This document shows positions 56,129 through 64,000 of a DNA stretch of 64,000 bases, piece after piece. A program made the translations under genes and the position numbers. Position 1 is the first letter of the stretch. Every line of letters starts with the position of its first letter. The stretch is from Planctomycetota bacterium (lineage in GTDB: Bacteria; Planctomycetota; Phycisphaerae; UBA1845): assembly GCA_016200265.1 (NCBI GenBank), contig JACQFE010000006.1:4112-68111 (forward strand), written 5' to 3'. The notes below the pieces were generated by a model, which did not search any database, was not told the DNA's origin, and saw only the letters and a list, made by a program, of their open reading frames with translations.

Positions 56129-57520
56129 TCAAAGAGAGCGCAGAAAATTCAAGATGTCCTGCTTCTGCTCTTCTGAAAGGGTGTTGAACGCGCCGATCAC
56201 TTTGTCCGCTTCGGACCCGCCTTGCTCACTGGTATGCGCTTGAATCGCCTCGAGGAGATCGCTGGTTCGGCCATCGTGCAGAAAGAAAATGCGCTGGCCC
56301 AGACCCCACAACGGCGGTGTCCGGAAGTCGTCCGCTCCGGCATTACCTTCGGGGATGCCGTCCGCCAACCCCGGTCCCATCCTGTGCAAAGCCAGGTCGG
56401 AGTACAGACCGACGGTTCGGAAATTAAGGGAACGGCTCCGTGATTCGCCAGTCTGAAGCGACGGCGTGTGGCAGAGCGCGCAACCGATCCGATTGAAAAG
56501 GGTGCGCCCGCTGGTGATCGACGGTGTGTCCTGAATGGGATCCGGAGGCGCCGAGAAACGTACAAAACCCGCGATCTTGGCGAAGTCCGGGAGGCCTTCG
56601 ATGAAGTTCGATGCGCTGGAATCAAATGTGTCTTCGGGAAGCGCATTGAATTGGCACGAAGGCGCCGGGTCGTCTTCGCGGGGAATCAGCGCATTCGTGA
56701 CACCCACTTCATTTTGATATCCTCCCGCGGCGAGAAGCTCCAGTCGGGCGCCCTGGCCTTTCCACAAAAATCGCCCCGAGCCGTTGATGCCGCCGGGACG
56801 CCCCGCGATGCCCAACGCCCTCTTCAAGGTGCTGTTGCTTGCCAGGTTAGCCACAATTGTGTCGGTGCTGATGGACTCAATGAGACCATCGCCGTAGAGT
56901 GGTAGCGGAACGTGAAAGGCCAGTTGCGGCGCAAGCGAGTCAAAATCCGGCTGAGCCAGATCGCAACCGGGCGCATCCGATCGCCCCGAGATTGTGAAGA
57001 GATGAAGGTCTGTGCCGCGAGCTTGTCCACCCATGCTCCGCAAAAATGCGCGTCGGATGGGTCCGTCGAGTGTGATGAAGAACGGCACAGTGTTGGTCGC
57101 ACCATTCTTCGTCGCGACAGAGATCATCGGATTGACGGGAGGACTTGATCCGCCAGGCGCCGGGAAATTGTGGCATCCACCACAACTGTCCATGTTAAAT
57201 CTCGGACCCAGGCCATGCCCCGTATCCGGCACTGTGCCCGTGACTGAATCAATTTCCTGAATGGCATCCTGGCCGGCAAGAAAGAGCTTTAGTTCCCTCT
57301 CGCTGAGCCCCGGTAAAGGCCCTCCGGCTCCCGACAATCCGCCGCGAGGACCGGGGTCCGACGCCACAAAGAGTCCGCGCGAAGCGCTGACGAAAACCGC
57401 CAGAAAGGCCGGGCTGATAAGAAGGGTGAATACAACGCGAGAGTGCCATGAGCTGTGGTAGTGAATTGAAAAATGAATCGACTTCCAAACCCGAAAACAC
57501 GCCCTTTGAATGGATATCAT
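56129..57520 (-). CDS. Di-heme oxidoreductase (DHOR-like) family protein
   Basis: GLGPRFNMDSCGGCH, GCALCH, YSDLALH and FRTPPLWG..FLHDGR..L.EAI..H. Start uncertain. Confidence 0.85.
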   Translation of the reverse strand: MISIQRACFRVWKSIHFSIHYHSSWHSRVVFTLLISPAFLAVFVSASRGLFVASDPGPRGGLSGAGGPLPGLSERELKLFLAGQDAIQEIDSVTGTVPDTGHGLGPRFNMDSCGGCHNFPAPGGSSPPVNPMISVATKNGATNTVPFFITLDGPIRRAFLRSMGGQARGTDLHLFTISGRSDAPGCDLAQPDFDSLAPQLAFHVPLPLYGDGLIESISTDTIVANLASNSTLKRALGIAGRPGGINGSGRFLWKGQGARLELLAAGGYQNEVGVTNALIPREDDPAPSCQFNALPEDTFDSSASNFIEGLPDFAKIAGFVRFSAPPDPIQDTPSITSGRTLFNRIGCALCHTPSLQTGESRSRSLNFRTVGLYSDLALHRMGPGLADGIPEGNAGADDFRTPPLWGLGQRIFFLHDGRTSDLLEAIQAHTSEQGGSEADKVIGAFNTLSEEQKQDILNFLRSL

Positions 57521-57848
57521 ATTGCCCCCAGCCTCCAACTGGATTTTTCTCAGGCTTGTCGCGACATTTTCGAGCAGCGCCATCAGACTGCACTTCATCG
57601 TGCCGCTTGCAAAGCACTCGAAACAGCGCAAGGCTCGTGGCAAAGAACCTCGGCCACAGGCTGTTTGGGCCATCTACTGATTGGCTGAATCTTGGATCCG
57701 CGCTCCCCCGTCCCAATGGGATCAATCAAATCCATGGTCACCAAGCAAAGTTCAAAGGCTTGTATCTGGCCGTCCAACCCGTTGGCAGGACCAGTCCACT
57801 CAAGTTTTAACATTACGAAAACGCCACTTCCTCATCGATTGGCTGGCG

Positions 57849-58970
57849 TCATCGATCTGAATCCTTTCCATTGCAACCGAAGTCGAGACTCCTACTACCA
57901 ATGTTCGGTGCGACGAAGCCATTGCAATCTGTGTGAGGATCGGCCTCTAAAGGGGAAAGCGACCGATGGACAGTGCGGATATGTCGAACCATGTCGGCGA
58001 TCAACGCGGTGGAGACGGTTTGGGCTGCGTCGGTGAGGGCCGAATCCGGGTCGGGATGGGCCTCGATTAGCAGGCCATGAGCGCCGACGGCGACAGCGGC
58101 GAGTGCCAAGGGTTCAACCAAGTCCCGTTGTCCGGCAGCGTGGCTGGGATCGACGATGATGGGCAAGTGGCTCCTTCGCTGAACAACCGGAACAGCCGCA
58201 ATGTCGAGCGTGTTGCGGGTGCTGTTTTCGAATGTGCGAATTCCGCGTTCGCAGAGCACTACGGATTCGTTCCCGGTGGCCAGGATGTACTCGGCGGACA
58301 TGAGCATTTCGTCAACGGTAGACATCATGCCGCGTTTGAGCAAAACCGGGCGGCCGGATTCGCCCACCGCCCGGAGCAGCGCGAAGTTTTGCATGTTTCT
58401 GGCGCCCACCTGGAGCATATCCGCGTACTCAGCAACGGCGGGCAGGTCGTCGACGCTGAGAACCTCAGTGACGAAGGGTAGGCCGGTGGCTTGGCGGGCT
58501 TCGGCGAGGAGTTCAAGGCCTTTCACGCCGAGACCTTGGAATTGATACGGACTGGTACGCGGCTTGAAGGCCCCGCCGCGGAGCATGTCTGCGCCAGCGT
58601 CGCGTACGGCGTGGGCGGCGGCCAGCAGGGATCCGCGATCCTCGACGGCGCAGGGACCGGCGATCACAACCATGGACTGCGAGCCGATGGAAACGCGGCG
58701 TGTCCGGTGATCTCCGCCGACCACCACGACACTGTTGCTCGATCGGAACTGTCGGGAGGTCAATTTGATCCCCGAACCTAATGGTCGCACCTCTTCGACA
58801 CCCGACATCCCTTTGAGTCGCGCGGTCAGCGGCTCGTCCTCGATGGTCAAGGCGATGACGCGGCGACCTTGGGCTCGGGACAGATATGGTCGCAGGTTCA
58901 GAGTCTCGGCGAGGGTGAGAATCTCGCCGGTCTGCCGGAGTGTGGCTTGAGGATGCATCAAGATCAGCAT
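57849..58970 (-). CDS. aroF: DAHP synthase type I-beta with N-terminal regulatory domain
   Basis: IAGPCAVE, RGGAFKPRTSPY, QVGARNMQN, LCERGIR and VDPSHA. Confidence 0.93.
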   Translation of the reverse strand: MLILMHPQATLRQTGEILTLAETLNLRPYLSRAQGRRVIALTIEDEPLTARLKGMSGVEEVRPLGSGIKLTSRQFRSSNSVVVVGGDHRTRRVSIGSQSMVVIAGPCAVEDRGSLLAAAHAVRDAGADMLRGGAFKPRTSPYQFQGLGVKGLELLAEARQATGLPFVTEVLSVDDLPAVAEYADMLQVGARNMQNFALLRAVGESGRPVLLKRGMMSTVDEMLMSAEYILATGNESVVLCERGIRTFENSTRNTLDIAAVPVVQRRSHLPIIVDPSHAAGQRDLVEPLALAAVAVGAHGLLIEAHPDPDSALTDAAQTVSTALIADMVRHIRTVHRSLSPLEADPHTDCNGFVAPNIGSRSLDFGCNGKDSDR

Positions 58971-58971
58971 G

Positions 58972-59829
58972 TCAGACTCCTTCTCCTTGCAAAAGTGCGT
59001 TTCGCACGTTCGTGAGGAAGCGTCCAAGGCGAGCAACAGCAGAGGCGCGCGGACCTGCCTGCAGGGCTTCGAGGAGTGCGCTTCCGATGATTACGCCGTC
59101 CGACTGGGCGGCGATGAGCGTCGCAGATGAAACACTGTTGATCCCGAACCCAGCGAGGACGGGGCGGCGAGTCGCCGCGCGAGCGCGGTGGAGGAACTTC
59201 ACAGTTTCGAAGGGTGCTCGGTTTCGTGTGCCCGTGACTCCGGTCATGCTGACTGCGTAAAGGAAACCGCAAGTCTGTCCGCCGATCCTTCGGAGGCGGT
59301 CGGCGGGCGTGGTTGGGGCCGCCAACAAAATGACCTCGAACCCGGCGATTCGCAGTTGCTCAGAGATTTCCGAGGGTCGGAAAATCTGCTGCCTGGCGCA
59401 GGCTGCTCGTTGCCGACGTTGCGGGGTCCAGGGCAAGTCGGGGACGATGAACCCTCGAACACCGACGGCGCGGGCGTCTACGGTCAGCCTCAGGCACCCA
59501 AAGGCGAGAAGCGGGTTGAGGTAGCTCATGATCACGACCGGAATGGGTACGTGCGCCAGGTGGATCAGGTCGAGTGCACGGCGGATGGTCATACCTGCAT
59601 CGAGGCATCGCTGTGAGGCGTGCTGGACCACAGGTCCGTCGGCCAGAGGATCGGAGAACGGTATTCCGACCTCGACAACGTCGCAGCCCGATTCCGCGGT
59701 TTGCCGAAGGGCGTCGACAAAGCACGCGGCGCTCGGAAATCCAGCGGTCAGAAATGGAACCAGCGCCTTTCCCCCCGACTCCAATCGCAACCGGATGGCC
59801 TGTTCGACCGTTTGTGATGACGCCGACAT
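58972..59829 (-). CDS. trpA: Tryptophan synthase alpha chain
   Basis: EVGIPFSDPLADGPVVQ, MSYLNP, VSMTGVTG, GFGI and DGVIIGSA. TGATG overlap with trpB. Confidence 0.93.
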   Translation of the reverse strand: MSASSQTVEQAIRLRLESGGKALVPFLTAGFPSAACFVDALRQTAESGCDVVEVGIPFSDPLADGPVVQHASQRCLDAGMTIRRALDLIHLAHVPIPVVIMSYLNPLLAFGCLRLTVDARAVGVRGFIVPDLPWTPQRRQRAACARQQIFRPSEISEQLRIAGFEVILLAAPTTPADRLRRIGGQTCGFLYAVSMTGVTGTRNRAPFETVKFLHRARAATRRPVLAGFGINSVSSATLIAAQSDGVIIGSALLEALQAGPRASAVARLGRFLTNVRNALLQGEGV

Positions 59830-61028
59830 CAGTGATTCCTTTTCTTCGCGGGTTTTGTGGTCAGGCTTGCCACGGTGGTTACGTCCTTGTCCCCTCGACC
59901 GGAGAGATTGATGAGCAGGATGGTCCCGCGCGGCCTCGTCCGGGCCTCGCGCCGGGCGAAAGCGAGGGCGTGAGCGCATTCCAGAGCAGGGAGGATGCCT
60001 TCACATCGAGTGCATTCGTAGAATGCGTCGATGGCTTCGTTATCGCGAACAGACGTTACTTGTAGTCGTCCCTGTTCGTGGAGTTCTGAGAGTTCAGGAC
60101 CGACTCCGGGGTAATCCAATCCCGCGGAGACGGAGTGCGTCGCGGCGACCTGACCGCAATCATCTTGCAGGAGGTAGGAATAGGCCCCGTGGAGCACTCC
60201 CGGCCTACCTGCGGTTAAGCTGGCGGCGTGGCTGCCGAGTCGCCGTGATCGTCCGCCGGCCTCAACGGCGATGAGGTCGACGGCTCGCTCTCGGATGAAT
60301 GGGTGCATGATTCCGATGGCGTTGGATCCGCCGCCGACGCAGGCGATGACCGCATGGGGCAGACGACCGACGAGCCTCCGGACTTGTCGCAGCGCCTCGC
60401 GTCCTATTCGAGAGGCGAAAGTCCGCACCAAAAGTGGATAGGGATGCGGGCCGACGACTGAGCCGATCAAATAGTGCGTCGTACGGACGTTTGTAACCCA
60501 ATCGCGGATGGCTTCGTTCGTGGCATCTTTTAGCGTCTTTGATCCGGATTCAACGGGAATGACCTCCGCTCCGAGCGTTCTCATGCGGACAACGTTCGGT
60601 GCTTGTCGCTGGATGTCGAGGGCTCCCATATAGACGGTGCAGGAGAGATCGAGCAGGGCACAGACCGAAGCCGTCGCCACGCCGTGCTGTCCTGCCCCGG
60701 TTTCGCAGACAATCCGGTGTTTCTTCGCCGATTGGGCGAGGAGTCCCTGCCCCAACGCATTGAGCACTTTGTGGGCGCCGGTGTGGTTGAGGTCTTCTCG
60801 CTTCAGCAGAATGCGGCAGCGTCCGCCCCAGGAGTCGGCAAGGCGACGCGCGTCAAGGATCGGCGTGGGGCGGCCGGCCCAAGTAGAAAGTAAGGCCACA
60901 TACTCACGACGGAACGCCGTCGTGGCCAGCACTCGTCGACGAAGGATGTCCAATTCCTCGAGCGCCGGGATTACCGTTTCGGGGACGAATTGTCCGCCGA
61001 AGCGCCCAAAGAAATCATCGCGTCCCAT
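59829..61028 (-). CDS. trpB: Tryptophan synthase beta chain
   Basis: LKREDLNHTGAHK, ETGAGQHG, GGGSNAIG, SAGLDYPGVGP and NLSGRGDKD. Confidence 0.97.
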   Translation of the reverse strand: MGRDDFFGRFGGQFVPETVIPALEELDILRRRVLATTAFRREYVALLSTWAGRPTPILDARRLADSWGGRCRILLKREDLNHTGAHKVLNALGQGLLAQSAKKHRIVCETGAGQHGVATASVCALLDLSCTVYMGALDIQRQAPNVVRMRTLGAEVIPVESGSKTLKDATNEAIRDWVTNVRTTHYLIGSVVGPHPYPLLVRTFASRIGREALRQVRRLVGRLPHAVIACVGGGSNAIGIMHPFIRERAVDLIAVEAGGRSRRLGSHAASLTAGRPGVLHGAYSYLLQDDCGQVAATHSVSAGLDYPGVGPELSELHEQGRLQVTSVRDNEAIDAFYECTRCEGILPALECAHALAFARREARTRPRGTILLINLSGRGDKDVTTVASLTTKPAKKRNH

Positions 61029-61648
61029 TGACGCACCTCCTTGATAAAATCAGTGAGTTTCCGCCTACACTTCGTGCCCGGTTCGGACTCGACGCCGGAA
61101 GCGACGTCGATTCCCCACGGTCGAAAGAGCTCCAGTTCTGATCGCACATTTTCTGGGGTCAGGCCTCCGGCGAGGATCATCCGCTGATGGGGAACGTCTC
61201 CGGCGGAATCGACACTCGCCGCCACGCCTGTCGGCGGAACGCGGCAACGTGAACGTGTCCGGTCCAGAAGCACCCATTTGGACCACGTTTTGAGGAAGCA
61301 ACGCCAGGCCTCGCGTTGATCGGGATCGTATAAAATGGGAATCGCAGGTAGTACCTCCGCCTCCGCGGCCTGGAGCACAAGGGCCGTATTCGGATCATAG
61401 GTCTGAATGAGATCACAACCGACGAATCGAGCGGACTCCAGGATGCAATCGGCCGGTTCATCGAACCAGACACCGATCGTAACCACTTGGCTAGGCAATG
61501 CGCGGATGATCGTTCTTGCTCGATTCGGTACGCAATAACGTCGGCTTTTTGGGTGAAGGACGAAGCCGAGCGCATCGACACCGAGTTCGACGGCGAACCC
61601 TGCATCATCCGCGCTAGTGAGACCACAAACTTTGACCCACGTTGTCAT
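60971..61648 (-). CDS. trpF: Phosphoribosylanthranilate isomerase
   Basis: VKVCGLT, ILAGGLTPENV and IDVASGVE. Confidence 0.9.
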   Translation of the reverse strand: MTTWVKVCGLTSADDAGFAVELGVDALGFVLHPKSRRYCVPNRARTIIRALPSQVVTIGVWFDEPADCILESARFVGCDLIQTYDPNTALVLQAAEAEVLPAIPILYDPDQREAWRCFLKTWSKWVLLDRTRSRCRVPPTGVAASVDSAGDVPHQRMILAGGLTPENVRSELELFRPWGIDVASGVESEPGTKCRRKLTDFIKEVRQWDAMISLGASADNSSPKR

Positions 61649-61655
61649 GTGTTGC

Positions 61656-62483
61656 TCAAACTCCCGATCGCCCGACGCGGGCTTGGGTGCCTGGCGGTCC
61701 GACCTCGGACAACAGGGAACGAATCGTCGCCGCCGAATCGTGCGAACGCATGAGTATTTCGCCGACTAAAACGGCGTTCGCTCCGGCCTGCGCCGCCTGA
61801 CGCACATCCCGTGATGAGTGGATGCCGCTTTCCAATACTCGAACCCGATTGGGAGAAAGTCGCCGCAACAAGCGAAGACCGGCGTTTAGGTCGACTTCCA
61901 ACGTGTGAAGGTTGCGACTGTTGATCCCGATGACCGTGGCCCCGGATTCGCACGCCACAGCCGCATCCGCGTCGTCGTGCGCTTCGACCAACGCTTCCAA
62001 ACCGGAATCCGCGGCAAAACTCAATAGTTCACGTAACCGGGGCAGACTCAGGCGGGCGGCGATCAGCAGGACGGCGTCGGCACCGATTGCGGCGGAAACC
62101 TCTATGTCGTATTCATCGACGATGAAGTCCTTGCGCAGCAGAAGTCCCGAAGTCGCGTGACGAGCGACGACAAGGTCGTCGAGAGAGCCTCCAAACCACC
62201 GAGACTCGGTGAGCACGGAGACAGCGGTAGCGCCGGCATCGAAATAGAGCTGGGCTTGCTTAGGGACGTTCACGATTCCGCGGAGCGTACCCTGCGACGG
62301 GGAAGCGCGTTTGATTTCGGCGATCAACGCGAAGGGGCGCGCCTCGCGCAAAGAGGTAGCGAATCCGTGATTGGGTCGTCGAGGAGCCGGCGCGTCGAGC
62401 AGTCTTCGCAACAGGTCCTCCCGCCGCCATTGCTTCACACGGCGTTCGGCCTCGGCAAAGGCTCGGTCTAGAAATCCGTTCAC
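61656..62483 (-). CDS. trpC: Indole-3-glycerol phosphate synthase
   Basis: IAEIKRASPSQG, SVLTE, LRKDFI, IGINSRNL and ESGI. Confidence 0.95.
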   Translation of the reverse strand: MNGFLDRAFAEAERRVKQWRREDLLRRLLDAPAPRRPNHGFATSLREARPFALIAEIKRASPSQGTLRGIVNVPKQAQLYFDAGATAVSVLTESRWFGGSLDDLVVARHATSGLLLRKDFIVDEYDIEVSAAIGADAVLLIAARLSLPRLRELLSFAADSGLEALVEAHDDADAAVACESGATVIGINSRNLHTLEVDLNAGLRLLRRLSPNRVRVLESGIHSSRDVRQAAQAGANAVLVGEILMRSHDSAATIRSLLSEVGPPGTQARVGRSGV

Positions 62484-64000
62484 GGATTTTTCTCCGGTGG
62501 TCGGGCATTCGTCTTCAGGGCGCGAAGCAAATCACCCGCCATGCCGCAGTCGATGGCCGCAGCGCATTGCCTGCAACCCTCGTATAGGGATTCAGCCCGA
62601 CCCGACGTGAGTAGGGCCAGGCCCGCATTCATGACCACCGCGTCACGCGGTGCGCCGCGCTCACCGGCGAGAATTCTGAGAGCGAGTTGAGCGTTGAATC
62701 CGACGTCGCCGCCGCGAAGATCTTCGACGGAACAGGGCTCAAGACCGGCGTGATGCGCATCGAAGTCGTGGCGACGGATCGTTCCGTTCGCTACTTCAAA
62801 TGCGACGTTTCCATGCTGCGGAATCAACTCGTCGATGCCACCCGGTCCGACCACGATGAAAGTCCGGCGCGTGCCCAGCCTCAACACTGCCTCGGCCAGT
62901 GTTCTCGCGATCGATTCGTGGAACGTTCCAATCACCTGGAACGCCGGTAGCGCCGGGCTGCAAAGCGGGCCCAAGAGGTTGAAGAGAGTGGGGCTTGACG
63001 TGCGGCGACGGGCCTCCCGTATTCGTGGCGCCGCCGGCCGAAATCGCGGAGCGAACAAGAACGCGAATCGGTGCCGATGCAGCGAGTCGAGGAGTGCGGG
63101 TCCGCCGAGATCGAGGGGAAGCCCGAACGCTTCCAGAAGGTCGGCGCTACCTACTCCTCCCGACGACGATCGGTTGCCGTGTTTGACGATCGGTTGACCG
63201 GCGGCAGCGGCGACCAGCGCTGCGATAGTAGAGATGTTGAAAGTTTTCGCGCAGTCGCCGCCGGTCCCGCAGTTATCCAGCGCGTCGGAAGTAATTTGCA
63301 AAGGAGTCATCGCCTCACGCAGCACGCGGGCGCTTCCGACAATTTCATCCACGCTTGGCCCCCGTGCGGCGGCAAGCTCCAGATAAGCGATCAGTTCTTC
63401 CAGACCGAGCTTTTCGGACAGGATCATTTGCATCATGGCGGCGGCGTCGCCTTCAGAAAGCGCCGCTCCTCGGCGTATACGACCCAACACATCACCGACG
63501 AACACGCGCGCATCGTGCCTCTTGCTGCTTACAGCCATTGCAGGTTCGATCGCGTTTGCCCCCAGTCGGTCCCGTTGCACGAAGTTTCGCAGAATTTTCT
63601 TTCCATCCGGGGTGAGGATGCTCTCGGGATGGAACTGCACGCCGTGAACCTCGAACTCCCTGTGGGAAAGTGCCATGATGACGCCGTCGCTGGTGAACGC
63701 GGTGATCGACAATTCCTCGGGCAGACCTGCCTCCTCTACGATCAGCGAGTGATAGCGTCCGCCTTGGAACGGACTGCGGACGCCGCGAAAGAGCGGGCCC
63801 GAATCGTGATAAATCCGGGATGCCTCGCCGTGGCGTGGGGTTGTTGCGCGATTGATCCTGGCGCCGAACGCGATTGCGATGGCCTGATGTCCCAGGCAAA
63901 CGCCGAGAATGGGAGTCGTCGGTGCGAGTTCGCGGATCAGGTCGCAGCAGATGCCCGCGTCGCGCGGATGTCCCGGTCCCGGTGAGATGACGATGTGGGA
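62480..64000 (-). CDS. trpD: Fused anthranilate synthase component II / anthranilate phosphoribosyltransferase (TrpG-TrpD), 5' partial
   Basis: The frame is open to the window end: SHIVISPGPG, GVCLGHQ and GVQFHPES (GATase), then DNCGTGGD, FNIST, KHGNRS and FNLLGPL (TrpD). Confidence 0.92.
   Translation of the reverse strand, partial: SHIVISPGPGHPRDAGICCDLIRELAPTTPILGVCLGHQAIAIAFGARINRATTPRHGEASRIYHDSGPLFRGVRSPFQGGRYHSLIVEEAGLPEELSITAFTSDGVIMALSHREFEVHGVQFHPESILTPDGKKILRNFVQRDRLGANAIEPAMAVSSKRHDARVFVGDVLGRIRRGAALSEGDAAAMMQMILSEKLGLEELIAYLELAAARGPSVDEIVGSARVLREAMTPLQITSDALDNCGTGGDCAKTFNISTIAALVAAAAGQPIVKHGNRSSSGGVGSADLLEAFGLPLDLGGPALLDSLHRHRFAFLFAPRFRPAAPRIREARRRTSSPTLFNLLGPLCSPALPAFQVIGTFHESIARTLAEAVLRLGTRRTFIVVGPGGIDELIPQHGNVAFEVANGTIRRHDFDAHHAGLEPCSVEDLRGGDVGFNAQLALRILAGERGAPRDAVVMNAGLALLTSGRAESLYEGCRQCAAAIDCGMAGDLLRALKTNARPPEKNP

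Noticed and set aside
62480-64000. TrpG-TrpD fusion and aroF in the trp operon as novelties
   Set aside because: Both arrangements are well known in other bacteria.

Overview
Chromosomal window from a planctomycete, probably class Phycisphaerae (judged from 16S signature sequences and typical Cys-rich, cohesin and dockerin surface proteins). The left half starts with modBA and an M28 peptidase, then a truncated rex remnant and a ~26 kb hybrid PKS-NRPS locus (3.7-29.4 kb). That locus encodes a Cys-rich lipoprotein, a FabH-like enzyme, a GNAT-like protein, a DH-ACP didomain, a HemN-like radical SAM with a CX7CX2C motif, a Cy-A(Cys)-PCP-Ox NRPS, a single-module highly reducing PKS, an Sfp-type PPTase and two ABC permeases; it has no thioesterase. 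The likely release enzyme is a TamH-like transaminase/acyl-thioester reductase fusion carrying an N-terminal TubC-type docking domain that matches an EEGEI motif at the NRPS C-terminus. This locus is the best candidate for an undescribed system. The right half is mostly housekeeping: uvrA, rpmB-accD, a stand-alone 16S rRNA transcription unit, amrB-lpxK-gmhB, an RRM protein, a di-heme protein and trpGD-C-F-B-A-aroF. Its intergenic regions are rich in repeats, including two parS sites that each follow the same ~80-bp element, and a polarised 27-bp tandem array. All calls are from motif reading by eye; no database searches were run.
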